DNA of 64,000 nt, from the NCBI GenBank assembly GCA_049520575.1, contig JBEKPQ010000015.1, positions 17,527 through 81,526 on the forward strand, read 5' to 3'. The notes under the pieces were generated by a model. That model saw only the letters and a program-made list of their open reading frames with translations, ran no database searches and was not told where the DNA came from. Each line of letters begins with the position of its first letter. The first letter of the stretch is position 1. This stretch comes from Thermodesulfobacteriota bacterium. GTDB taxonomy: Bacteria > Desulfobacterota > RBG-13-43-22. Shown here one piece after another: positions 38,292 to 47,636 of this stretch. Position numbers and translations under genes: made by a program.

Positions 38292-39632
38292 ATGTCCCAG
38301 CCTGCCGGCGGACATGAGACTTTAGAGAAGATTAGTAAAAAAACGATAATGTCCATCCCCGCTTTGGTCAAGGTGCTCTGTGTCTTCGGTTTGGTTCTCG
38401 TTCTTAACCGAGTACGCCTTGGTTTGAGTCTCTGTCTCTTCATCGGTTCTTTGGTGCTTGGTATCTGGATGCAAATGGGTCCCGCCGATCTGGTTTGGAG
38501 CGCCCTTCAAAGTCTCGTGCACATCCAGACGATCAGCCTGATCCTGATTGTCGGATTTATCCTGGTTATCAGCTGTCTGATGAAAGAGAGCCGGCATCTG
38601 GACCGGATCGTGGAAGGCTTTGCCCGGATTTCGGGTGATGATCGTACCGCAAGTTTGGTGTTGCCGGCCCTGATCGGGTTACTTCCCATGCCCGGGGGCG
38701 CGCTTTTCTCTGCACCCATGGTTGAAGCCTCCCTTAGTAGATACCCTTTAACCGGCGAATATCAAACAGTAGTCAATTATTGGTTCCGGCATATCTGGGA
38801 ATACTGGTGGCCGCTCTATCCGGGGGTGGTGCTGGCAGTGGCCTTACTGAAGGTGGAGATGTGGCGTTTTATTGCCATCATGGTGCCTATGACCATTGTG
38901 ATGGTCTTGGCCGGCGTGATCTTCATTCTAAGACCCATCAGACAAGAGTCCATTTCTCGGAAGAAGGTCTTCTCCTCATCAGGGCTGAAAAGTTTTTTGT
39001 GGGAGATCATGCCAATCCTCGTTGTTGTTATGGTCATTATTCTCCTGGCGGGTCTGACCGGCCTTTTGAATCTTTCCGGGATCAATATCAACCTGCCTGG
39101 GGCCGTGTCTATTCTTCCCGGTCTCCTGGTATCCGCCATCTGGGTATGCGTAGTCAACCGTATTCATTTCAGGCAATTGACGACAGCGGTCTTTGATCGG
39201 AACATCCTTTTCATTATATTTTTAGTGGCAGCCATTATGATCTTCCAGGGGATTATGAAAGACAGCCGGGCTGTGGTCGAAATTCGAAACGAACTTATGG
39301 CCTACAGGATTCCTCTTCTGCTGGTTATCATCATCATGCCTTTTCTGTCTGGTCTTATCACTGGAATTGCCATCGGATTTGTGGGGACCTCTTTCCCTCT
39401 GATCATTCCTCTGTTTCCTGTTTATCCCCTTATTAATTTTCTCTCCTATGCTGCACTGGCCTATGTTTTCGGCTTTGTGGGCATGATGCTATCTCCGGTC
39501 CACCTTTGTTTCCTGGTCACCAAAGACTACTTTAAAGCCAATCTCCTGGGCAGCTATCGCCTCATCATTTACCCCACGTTGAGTGTTTTATTAACGGCCG
39601 TTGTTTTCTTTGTAATTTCCAGGGCGCTCTAA
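38292..39632 (+). CDS. polytopic membrane protein (about 12 TM, DUF401-like; function unknown)
   Basis: Long hydrophobic ORF. The alternative start at 38349 cannot be excluded. Confidence 0.5.
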   Translation: MSQPAGGHETLEKISKKTIMSIPALVKVLCVFGLVLVLNRVRLGLSLCLFIGSLVLGIWMQMGPADLVWSALQSLVHIQTISLILIVGFILVISCLMKESRHLDRIVEGFARISGDDRTASLVLPALIGLLPMPGGALFSAPMVEASLSRYPLTGEYQTVVNYWFRHIWEYWWPLYPGVVLAVALLKVEMWRFIAIMVPMTIVMVLAGVIFILRPIRQESISRKKVFSSSGLKSFLWEIMPILVVVMVIILLAGLTGLLNLSGININLPGAVSILPGLLVSAIWVCVVNRIHFRQLTTAVFDRNILFIIFLVAAIMIFQGIMKDSRAVVEIRNELMAYRIPLLLVIIIMPFLSGLITGIAIGFVGTSFPLIIPLFPVYPLINFLSYAALAYVFGFVGMMLSPVHLCFLVTKDYFKANLLGSYRLIIYPTLSVLLTAVVFFVISRAL

Positions 39633-39668
39633 AGACTCCCAGGGCCATCTAATGTTGTCAAAAAAAGT

Positions 39669-39697
39669 ATTGACACTGATTTTTCGTTCTGATATAA
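39669..39697 (+). promoter_or_regulatory. consensus sigma70-type promoter (TTGACA-17-TATAAT) of the trp operon
   Basis: TTGACA at 39669-39674, a 17-nt spacer, then TATAAT at 39692-39697. Confidence 0.7.
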
Positions 39698-39728
39698 TTC
39701 TTCTTAAATTTTTTCAGGAATCCGAATT

Positions 39729-39803
39729 ATGAATCAAAATTCAACAAGTAACAAAAATTGGTGGTGGTGGAAGGATTCAAGGGAGGGGTTCGTCCACCGC
39801 TAA
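39729..39803 (+). CDS. trpL: trp leader peptide with four consecutive Trp codons
   Basis: ATG AAT CAA AAT TCA ACA AGT AAC AAA AAT TGG TGG TGG TGG AAG ... TAA gives MNQNSTSNKNWWWWKDSREGFVHR. Followed by a terminator hairpin. Confidence 0.75.
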   Translation: MNQNSTSNKNWWWWKDSREGFVHR

Positions 39804-39821
39804 CCTGATAAGATAAACCAT

Positions 39822-39910
39822 AAGCCGTGGAGAACTTCTCATAGTCTCCACGGCTTTTTTATTTGTACTGCTAAAAAGGCCGTGAAGAAGAAAATCACGG
39901 TCTTTTTTTT
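39822..39910 (+). terminator. attenuator terminator pair (two stem-loops, each followed by a T-run)
   Basis: AAGCCGTGGAGA...TCTCCACGGCTTTTTTATTT, then GGCCGTGA...TCACGGTCTTTTTTTT. Confidence 0.7.
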
Positions 39911-40024
39911 ACGTGGAAGCGGCCAGGGGTTGCCTTTTGGACAACATCAAAAATAAGACCCCATAAGACCCATAAGCTATGATTGATAGAAAAATTACAA
40001 ATTGCTTTGGTTAGGAGCTTGATA

Positions 40025-42160
40025 ATGAATGATTACTATGTAACCTCTACCGGGATAAAGATTCTTCGAAGTGTTGAGGCATTGGACTATGAATCCGCAC
40101 TGGAAATTCCCCTGGCGGATATCGATCGATTCAAAGGCGCTGTTTTTGCCAGTGGTTATGAATATCCGGGAAGATACAGCCGCTGGGATATTGCCTTTTT
40201 AAATCCTCCGCTTCAGATTATCTGTTACGGCCGGGAATTCCGCCTGGATGCCCTGAATGATCGGGGGGAAATCCTTTTAAATTTTCTTTACCTGCCGTTG
40301 ACCCAAAATCCCCACCTGGTTGAGATAGAAAGAACCGAAGGTGGAATAAAAGGGAATATTGTTCCCATTTCCGGTTATTTTCCTGAAGAGGAACGCAGCA
40401 AACAGCCCAGTTTCTTTTCCATTATCCGTTCTTTTATTAAACTGTTCGGTTCCAATGCCGATCCCCATCTCGGATTATATGGGGCCTTTGGTTATGATCT
40501 GGCCTTTCAGTTTGAACCGATTCAATTGAAACATAAGCGTCCGGCCTTTTATAAAGAGGCTCATCTATTCCTGCCCGATGACTTGATTCTGGTCGATCAC
40601 CGCAAAGAAACAGCCCAAAGAAGGCGTTATGATTTTATTTTTAATGGACAGGACACACTGGGATTGGAACGGAAGGGAGAAAGGATAGAGATTAAGCGCG
40701 GCACACCCGGTGAAATTGAGATAGATCACGGGCCGGGGGAGTATGCCGACAAGGTTCGTCAGGTCCAGGAGGGTTGCCGAAAGGGTGATTTTTTCGAGGT
40801 CGTCCCCAGTCAGCTTTTTTATACCGGTTATGCCGGTACACCGGGGGAATTATTTAACGTTGTCCGAACGGTCAACCCAAGCCCGTACGAGTTTTTAATC
40901 AATTTGGGAGACGAACAACTGGTCGGTTCATCACCGGAAATGTTCGTCCGCGTAGATGGAGACTTTGTGGAAACCTGCCCCATCTCCGGGACGATCAGTC
41001 GGGGAAGGGACGCCATGGAAGATTCGGACCAGATTCGTACCTTGCTTAATTCCATAAAAGATGAATCGGAACTGACCATGGTTACGGATGTGGATCGCAA
41101 TGATAAATCACGCATCTGTAAACCGGGTACAGTGCACTTAAAGGGCCGCCGCCTTATTGAGACCTATTCCCGTCTCTTCCATACGGTCGACCATGTGACC
41201 GGCACATTACAGGAAGATTGCGATTCCTTAGATGCCTTTTTATCCCATATGTGGGCTGTCACTTTGACCGGCGCCCCAAAAAGAGCCGCTATGCAGCGAA
41301 TTGAAGACCTGGAAAATTCACCGCGACAGTGGTATGGCGGCGCCATAGGCTTTATCAGCTTTAACGGCAACCTGAATACCGGCATTACCATTCGTACGAT
41401 CCATCTGAAGGACGGAGTGGCCCGAGTAAGGGTCGGTGCGACCCTTCTTGTAGACTCGGACCCGGATGAGGAAGAAAAAGAGACCCGCCTTAAGGCCGCC
41501 GCCTTTATCGACGCTGTTTTAGGAAAAAGGCCGCCGGAGCGCGCACCGTTCGTTCCGCCTCGTCCAAAGGGAAGGCCGCCGAAAATCCTTTTTGTGGATC
41601 ACCAGGACTCCTTTGTGCATACCCTGGCCAATTACGTCCGTCAGACCGGGGCCCAGGTTATTACTTTGCGGGCCGGCTTTCCCCTTGAAGTCCTGGAGAA
41701 AGAGAAGTGGGACATGATTTTTCTCTCTCCCGGTCCGGGCCGTCCGTCCGATTTCGGGGTGGCCGCTCTGGTCAAGGCCTGTGTGGAACGCAACCTGCCG
41801 GTATTTGGTGTGTGCTTAGGTCTGCAAGGGATGGTCGAGGCCTTTGGCGGAAGACTCAGCCTTCTGGATTATCCGATGCACGGAAAACCCTCGATCATCA
41901 GGAATAATCAGAAAGGAATTTTCGAAGGGTTCCCGGAGACCTTTAAGGCCGGGCGATATCACTCCATCTTTGCGAAGATGGAGGATCTGCCTTCGTGTTT
42001 AGAAAGAACGGCCGTAAGCGATGACCAGATTATTATGGCAATTGCCCATAAAGAGCTGCCGATAGCGGCCGTGCAATTTCATCCGGAATCCATCCTGACA
42101 CTCAAGGATGACCGGGGTTTGAAACTGCTGACCAACGTAGTACGGTTAGTTCGAAAATAG
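40025..42160 (+). CDS. trpEG: anthranilate synthase, fused components I and II (TrpE-TrpG)
   Basis: Chorismate-binding domain followed by a class-I glutamine amidotransferase (VFGVCLGLQG, HPES). AGGAG Shine-Dalgarno 7 nt before ATG 40025. Confidence 0.9.
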   Translation: MNDYYVTSTGIKILRSVEALDYESALEIPLADIDRFKGAVFASGYEYPGRYSRWDIAFLNPPLQIICYGREFRLDALNDRGEILLNFLYLPLTQNPHLVEIERTEGGIKGNIVPISGYFPEEERSKQPSFFSIIRSFIKLFGSNADPHLGLYGAFGYDLAFQFEPIQLKHKRPAFYKEAHLFLPDDLILVDHRKETAQRRRYDFIFNGQDTLGLERKGERIEIKRGTPGEIEIDHGPGEYADKVRQVQEGCRKGDFFEVVPSQLFYTGYAGTPGELFNVVRTVNPSPYEFLINLGDEQLVGSSPEMFVRVDGDFVETCPISGTISRGRDAMEDSDQIRTLLNSIKDESELTMVTDVDRNDKSRICKPGTVHLKGRRLIETYSRLFHTVDHVTGTLQEDCDSLDAFLSHMWAVTLTGAPKRAAMQRIEDLENSPRQWYGGAIGFISFNGNLNTGITIRTIHLKDGVARVRVGATLLVDSDPDEEEKETRLKAAAFIDAVLGKRPPERAPFVPPRPKGRPPKILFVDHQDSFVHTLANYVRQTGAQVITLRAGFPLEVLEKEKWDMIFLSPGPGRPSDFGVAALVKACVERNLPVFGVCLGLQGMVEAFGGRLSLLDYPMHGKPSIIRNNQKGIFEGFPETFKAGRYHSIFAKMEDLPSCLERTAVSDDQIIMAIAHKELPIAAVQFHPESILTLKDDRGLKLLTNVVRLVRK

Positions 42161-42300
42161 GATTTGAGGGTTTAGACACTCGACTTTGTCGAGCTATAGA
42201 AAAGGTTCCCCTCCGGGGAACCCGGGATTTAACTTCCGCGCATTTCACTTGAATCCTTGACCCCTTGAATCCTGGGACCCTACTTAGTATTAATTAAAGA
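42161..42300. repeat. composite structured repeat (hairpins, GGTTCCCC/GGGGAACC stem, TTTCACTTGAATCC module)
   Basis: Shares about 70 nt (cgagctatagaaaaggttccc ... gggaacccggg.t.taacttcc...tttcacttgaatccttg) with 43381-43625. Confidence 0.65.
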
Positions 42301-42313
42301 AGGAGGACGGAAA

Positions 42314-43375
42314 ATGATTCAGGGAGCGATCGGGAAGGTCGTAAACAGAGAGGATCTGAGCCAGGTAGAGATGGAAGCGGTCATGAATGAGATCATGAGC
42401 GGGGAAGCTACTCCGGCCCAGATTGGGGCCTTTATCACGGCCCTCAGGATGAAAGGAGAAACGGTTGATGAGATCGTCGGCGCGGCGCGGGTGATGCGGG
42501 AGAAGGCCACAAAAATCCATGTGATCGACACCTCATTGAGCCTTGACCGTGACGAGATCAATGTTGATGCCGAGACGATTCTAGACACCTGCGGGACCGG
42601 TGGAGACGGCACCAACACCTTTAATGTTTCGACCGCTACCGCTCTGGTGGCTGCCGGAGGGGGTGTCAAGGTCGCCAAGCACGGCAATAGGGCCGTTTCA
42701 AGCCAATGTGGAAGCGCGGATGTTTTGGAAAACCTGGGAGTCAAACTCGACATCAGCCCTCTGGATGTTGAAAGATGTATACGTGAGATCGGCCTGGGGT
42801 TTTTATTTGCCCCTCTTTTTCATGGGGCCATGAAATTTGCCGCCGGGGCCAGAAAGGAGATAGGTTTGAGGACCATATTCAATGTCCTTGGACCATTGAC
42901 CAACCCGGCCGGGGCGACAGCCCAGGTCCTCGGGGTCTACTCCCCCGACTTAACGGAAAAAATGGCCCAGGTCCTCGGCAAATTGGGTTCAAAAGAGGCC
43001 TTTGTGGTCTGTGGGGAAGGAACCTTCGATGAGATCAGCATCTGCAGCCCGACCCGGATCGCTCATCTCAAGGACGGAGAGGTCAAAAGTTATCAAATTA
43101 CCCCCGAGGAGTACGGATTTCAAAGGGCCGCGATTGGTTCTATCAAAGGCGGAGACGCCCAGGAAAACGCCCGGATCATTCGAAACATACTGGATGGCCA
43201 GGAAGGGGCCAAACGGGATATGGTCCTGTTGAACACAGGCGCAGCCTTTGTGGCCGCCGGACTTGATCAGGACCTGAAGGCCGGCATCCAACGGGCCAGG
43301 GAAGTGATTGATTCGGGCAAGGCCAAACTTAAGCTTGAACAGTTGATTGCATTTACCAACAGTGTTAGCTCTTAA
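42314..43375 (+). CDS. trpD: anthranilate phosphoribosyltransferase
   Basis: Motifs [14 protein letters not shown] and KHGNRA. Confidence 0.95.
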   Translation: MIQGAIGKVVNREDLSQVEMEAVMNEIMSGEATPAQIGAFITALRMKGETVDEIVGAARVMREKATKIHVIDTSLSLDRDEINVDAETILDTCGTGGDGTNTFNVSTATALVAAGGGVKVAKHGNRAVSSQCGSADVLENLGVKLDISPLDVERCIREIGLGFLFAPLFHGAMKFAAGARKEIGLRTIFNVLGPLTNPAGATAQVLGVYSPDLTEKMAQVLGKLGSKEAFVVCGEGTFDEISICSPTRIAHLKDGEVKSYQITPEEYGFQRAAIGSIKGGDAQENARIIRNILDGQEGAKRDMVLLNTGAAFVAAGLDQDLKAGIQRAREVIDSGKAKLKLEQLIAFTNSVSS

Positions 43376-43380
43376 TACAC

Positions 43381-43625
43381 AAAAGGGTTCGAGGATTCAA
43401 GGGTTCGAGGGTTCAGCCGCTCGGTCCGCTCGGCTCCGCCGAGCTTCTGAAGAGGCTCCCTCTTGGGAGCCGATCCGGCGAGCTATAGAAAAGGTTCCCG
43501 TACGGTCGGCTTTGCCGACCTAAAAGGGAGGCTTCCGAATGGAAGCCGGATCGGGGAACCCGGGTCTAACTTCCATGCCTTTCACTTGAATCCTTGGACC
43601 CCTGACCCCTTGAATCCTTTTTCAG
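43381..43625. repeat. longer composite copy of the same structured repeat, with two extra inserted hairpins
   Basis: Contains ggattcaagggttcgagggttcag, gccgctcggtccgctcggctccgccgagc, and hairpins ggtcggctttgccgacc and ggcttccgaatggaagcc. Confidence 0.65.
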
Positions 43626-43648
43626 CAACCTGTTAATCGGTGAGATAC

Positions 43649-44428
43649 ATGCATTCGCGACTAATAGAAATACTTGAAGTCAAAAAACAGGAAGTGGCTC
43701 AACTGAAGAAGAAGGGGATATCCACCCCCGGTCAAAGGAGCATCCCTGGAATTCGTGATTTTAAATCGGCCATATCTCAACCGGACAGGATCAATCTGAT
43801 CGCCGAGATTAAATTTGCCTCTCCTTCAGCCGGTACGATTCGGGAAAGGACAGACCCGGTAAAGATCGGTCGGATTTATGAGCGGGCCGGTGCAGTCGCT
43901 ATCTCTTTATTGACGGATCAAAAATATTTTCACGGGCATCTGGAAAATATGCCCGGGGTGAAGCAGGCTGTAACCCTGCCTATCCTGCAGAAGGATTTCA
44001 TCATCGATGAGATACAGATCCGGGAGGCCCTGGTCTGGGGAGCGGATGCCATCCTGTTGATCGTAAGAATCCTTTCCGGGAAGCAACTAAAGGAGTTACT
44101 CCATGTCTGTTATGAAAACGGCCTGGCCGCGCTGGTCGAAGTCCATGACCGGGAAGACCTTGAAAGGGCCATTGATTCCAAAGCGGAAATTATCGGCATA
44201 AATAACCGGGACCTGGACACCTTTGAGATCAACCTTCAGACTACCCATGAGCTGGCCGGGCAGGTTCCTATAGGCCATATCATCGTTGGTGAGAGCGGTA
44301 TCCACAACCAAAAGGACATTGAAGGCCTGAAAGGATCAAAGGTTAATGCCGTCCTGGTCGGTTCGTCCCTAATGAGCAGTGATGACATGGAGTCCAAGAC
44401 CAGAGAGATGGTCGAAGCAGGAAGATGA
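43649..44428 (+). CDS. trpC: indole-3-glycerol phosphate synthase
   Basis: IGPS TIM-barrel motifs (IAEIKFASPS, LLIVRIL). The ORF opens with GTG at 43640; ATG 43649 is preferred. Confidence 0.9.
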   Translation: MHSRLIEILEVKKQEVAQLKKKGISTPGQRSIPGIRDFKSAISQPDRINLIAEIKFASPSAGTIRERTDPVKIGRIYERAGAVAISLLTDQKYFHGHLENMPGVKQAVTLPILQKDFIIDEIQIREALVWGADAILLIVRILSGKQLKELLHVCYENGLAALVEVHDREDLERAIDSKAEIIGINNRDLDTFEINLQTTHELAGQVPIGHIIVGESGIHNQKDIEGLKGSKVNAVLVGSSLMSSDDMESKTREMVEAGR

Positions 44429-44691
44429 GAACCATTAATTCATGTCTCGCCCGTTCCCTTCTGTCTCTCGAGTTCGCAGAGGGCACAAAGAAAGCAAGAG
44501 GAGATTGGGCTAATTTCCTGAGAGGAAATTAGCCCATCCGGCTCAGCCTCCGGCGGATGAGCGCGACAGCGCTGAGCATTTTTTCATTGCGGTCTTCTCA
44601 ACCGCAAGGAAAAGATAAAGGGTACCCTTAATAAACTCTGTGTTCTCTAGCGAGGCGAGCGAGAGATCGAGAGGTTTATGGAGAAAAGAAT

Positions 44692-45318
44692 ATGACCAGG
44701 GTTAAAATTTGCGGCATAACTAATAAGAAAGATGCACTGCTGGCGATAGAAATGGGAGCCGATGCCATCGGATTTATTTTCGCCGAAAGTCCTCGGCAGA
44801 TCACGCCGGCAAAGGCCAAAGCAATAATCCGTACCCTGCCGCCGTTGGTTAAGACCGTGGGGGTCTTTGTTAATGAAGAACCGGCGAGGATCAAAGAGAT
44901 TAAATCGTTTTGCGGCCTTGATCTTATTCAACTGCACGGGGATGAATCACCGGAAATATGTCGAGACCTGATGCCTCATTCTATCAAGGCCTTTCGTATT
45001 CAAAATGAAAGGGATTTAAAAAACATTAAAAGATACAAAGGTGTTGTAAGGGCCATACTCCTGGATACCTTTCAGAAGGGGAAAGCCGGAGGAACGGGCA
45101 AGACCTTTGACTGGTCTCTGGCCATAAAGGCCAAAGAAACAGGCATTCCTATTATCCTGTCAGGAGGATTGGGGCCTGAAAATATTCAAGAGGCTATTGA
45201 CACCGTCAAACCTTATGCCGTAGATGTCAACAGCGGTATTGAGAAACGGCCCGGAAAGAAGGATCCGGTGTTGATGAAGCAGTTGATGGAAAAAATAAGA
45301 AAGATCGTAACATCTTAG
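44692..45318 (+). CDS. trpF: phosphoribosylanthranilate isomerase
   Basis: PRAI motifs (KICGIT, DAIGFIF, LLDT). Confidence 0.9.
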   Translation: MTRVKICGITNKKDALLAIEMGADAIGFIFAESPRQITPAKAKAIIRTLPPLVKTVGVFVNEEPARIKEIKSFCGLDLIQLHGDESPEICRDLMPHSIKAFRIQNERDLKNIKRYKGVVRAILLDTFQKGKAGGTGKTFDWSLAIKAKETGIPIILSGGLGPENIQEAIDTVKPYAVDVNSGIEKRPGKKDPVLMKQLMEKIRKIVTS

Positions 45319-45342
45319 CTTTTTTAATTTTTGGCACGGATT

Positions 45343-45494
45343 TCACGGATAACTCGGATGCTTTAATTTTTCCCCTGCGGAAGGAGCGCAGGGGAAAAGG
45401 CATTAAACCCGCCAGAGGCCGAAGGCAAGGGATTGGCAACCTTGCCAATCCCTTTTATATTTTAACCGTGTTTATCTGTGAAATCCGTGCCAAC
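45343..45494. repeat. MITE-like structured element: 14-bp terminal inverted repeats (GGCACGGATTTCAC) enclosing two perfect hairpins
   Basis: GGCACGGATTTCAC at 45343-45356 and GTGAAATCCGTGCC at 45481-45494. Internal hairpins CCCCTGCG-gaaggag-CGCAGGGG and GGGATTGGCAA-cc-TTGCCAATCCC. Confidence 0.5.
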
Positions 45495-45545
45495 AAATTG
45501 GTTTTACCATATTATGTATTACAAAAAATCTAAGGAGTTTAATTC

Positions 45546-46772
45546 ATGAAAAACCGCGGTTATTATGGAATGTTCGGAGGGGCCTTCATTCCCGAAATCC
45601 TGGTGGCCACCTTTGATGAACTGGTTGAGACCTTTGAAAAAGCCAAGAACGATCCCGGCTTCTGGAAAGAATATATGGAGATCATGTCCACCTATTCCTG
45701 CCGGCCTACCCCCTTGACCCGGGCTGAAAACCTTAGCCGGTATTTCGGGGGGGCGCGCATTTACATCAAGAGAGAAGATCTGAACCACACCGGGGCGCAC
45801 AAAGCCAATAACGTCATGGGCCAGGGACTTTTAGTCAAAAGGATGAAAAAGACCCGGGTCATTGCCGAAACCGGGGCCGGCCAGCACGGCGTAGCCACGG
45901 CTACCATGGCCGCCAAATTCGGCTTTCGCTGCACCATTTATATGGGTGAAGTGGATGTCAAAAGGCAACGGCCCAATGTCTTCTGGATGCAGCGCCTGGG
46001 CGCAGAGGTTGTTCCGGTCAAGGATGGAACGGCCATACTCAAGGATGCCATCAATGAGGCCTTTCGGGACTGGATCACTCACATGGATGATACCCACTAT
46101 GTCTTGGGCACGGCCTGCGGTCCTCATCCTTTCCCGGAGATGGTGGCCTATTTTCAATCCATCATCGGACAGGAAGCCCGAAAACAGATTCTGGAAAAGG
46201 AAGGCAAACTCCCGAGGCGGATTTATGCCTGCGTGGGAGGCGGTTCGAATGCCCTGGGGATTTTTCAGTCCTTCCTGAATGATCCGGTGGAACTGGTCGG
46301 TGTGGAGGCTGCGGGGAGGGGACTCACCACCGGTCAGCATGCCTCGAGATTGGCCTCCAAAGACGGCTCCATCGGTGTGGCCCAGGGGTATAAGACCTAC
46401 TTTTTGCAAAATAACGACGGGCAGATGAAAGAGACCCACAGCGTGGCCGCGGGCCTGGATTATGTAGGGGTTTCTCCGATATTATCCTCACTCAGAGAGG
46501 AGGGAAGGATCCGGGTGGAGGCCGCCACCGACCAGGAGGTGATCGATGCCTTATCCCTGACCATGAAAAAAGAAGGGTTGATTCCGGCCCTGGAGGCCGC
46601 TCATGGCTTTGCCCAGGCCTTTAAGGAGGCCGGAAGTTTAAGCCGGGATGATGTTATCCTGATCAATCAGTCGGGCCGGGGCGATAAGGACATCTTCACC
46701 ATTGCCGATGCCTTTGAAGACCCGAGTTGGAAAGCATTTATCCGGGAGAAAGCCCATGAATATACCGTTTGA
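45546..46772 (+). CDS. trpB: tryptophan synthase beta chain
   Basis: PLP-lysine motif (HTGAHKANN) and GGGSNA. Confidence 0.95.
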   Translation: MKNRGYYGMFGGAFIPEILVATFDELVETFEKAKNDPGFWKEYMEIMSTYSCRPTPLTRAENLSRYFGGARIYIKREDLNHTGAHKANNVMGQGLLVKRMKKTRVIAETGAGQHGVATATMAAKFGFRCTIYMGEVDVKRQRPNVFWMQRLGAEVVPVKDGTAILKDAINEAFRDWITHMDDTHYVLGTACGPHPFPEMVAYFQSIIGQEARKQILEKEGKLPRRIYACVGGGSNALGIFQSFLNDPVELVGVEAAGRGLTTGQHASRLASKDGSIGVAQGYKTYFLQNNDGQMKETHSVAAGLDYVGVSPILSSLREEGRIRVEAATDQEVIDALSLTMKKEGLIPALEAAHGFAQAFKEAGSLSRDDVILINQSGRGDKDIFTIADAFEDPSWKAFIREKAHEYTV

Positions 46773-47526
46773 TACCTATCTCAACAAAAGACTGGCTAAA
46801 AAAGATATCCTGCTCATGACCCATATCGTCCTTGGATACCCTTCCTGGGAGACCTGCCTTCGGGTCGTCGAGGCCATGGTTGAGGCCGGGGTAGACCTGA
46901 TGGAAATGCAAATCCCTTTTTCCGAACCGATGGCCGACGGGCCGGTGATCCTTAGGGCCAATCAGAAGGCCTTGAAAAATGGGGTAACCGTGCAGAGATG
47001 TCTTGATTTTGCCCAGGAGGTGGCCAGACGATTCGATATCCCTTTTCTTATCATGAGTTATTACAATATCCTTTTCAAATACGGGGTCGAACGATTCGCC
47101 CTCACCTTGGCGGAAAGAAACCTCAAGGGGGCCATCGTCCCGGACCTTCCGCTGGAAGAAGGGCGGGAGTATCTCCAACGGATGACAGAGTATGGGCTTT
47201 CACCTATCCTTTTCTTTTCGCCTACCACGCCGGACGACCGGATGCGATATATCGCTTCCCTGGCCAAAGGTTTTATCTATTGCCTGAGCCGAAAAGGGGT
47301 CACCGGTGCCGACACCCAATTTTCTTCCGAACTGGCCGGTTATTTGGCCAGATGCCGCCAAGCCACTTCTCTCCCTTTGGCTCTGGGTTTTGGGATTAAA
47401 GAGAAAGCCGATATTGATTTTATTAAAGGCAAAGCGGAGATCGCCGTCATCGGATCACAAACGATCCGGATCGTTGAGGATCAAGGAAGCGGGGCAGTGG
47501 GGGCTTTTATCCGCAGTTTAAGATGA
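46756..47526 (+). CDS. trpA: tryptophan synthase alpha chain
   Basis: TrpA TIM-barrel (EMQIPFSEPMADGPVI). Start overlaps the trpB stop by 17 nt. Confidence 0.9.
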   Translation: MNIPFDTYLNKRLAKKDILLMTHIVLGYPSWETCLRVVEAMVEAGVDLMEMQIPFSEPMADGPVILRANQKALKNGVTVQRCLDFAQEVARRFDIPFLIMSYYNILFKYGVERFALTLAERNLKGAIVPDLPLEEGREYLQRMTEYGLSPILFFSPTTPDDRMRYIASLAKGFIYCLSRKGVTGADTQFSSELAGYLARCRQATSLPLALGFGIKEKADIDFIKGKAEIAVIGSQTIRIVEDQGSGAVGAFIRSLR

Positions 47527-47636
47527 AACTAAAGGTTGCAAAAGCCGAAGATGCCGCAGATCCGCGATGGCAAGGGCAAAGTCCCGCCAATGGCGGGATA
47601 CTGCGAAGCCTATTATTCAGAGAAAGGTAATTTATT

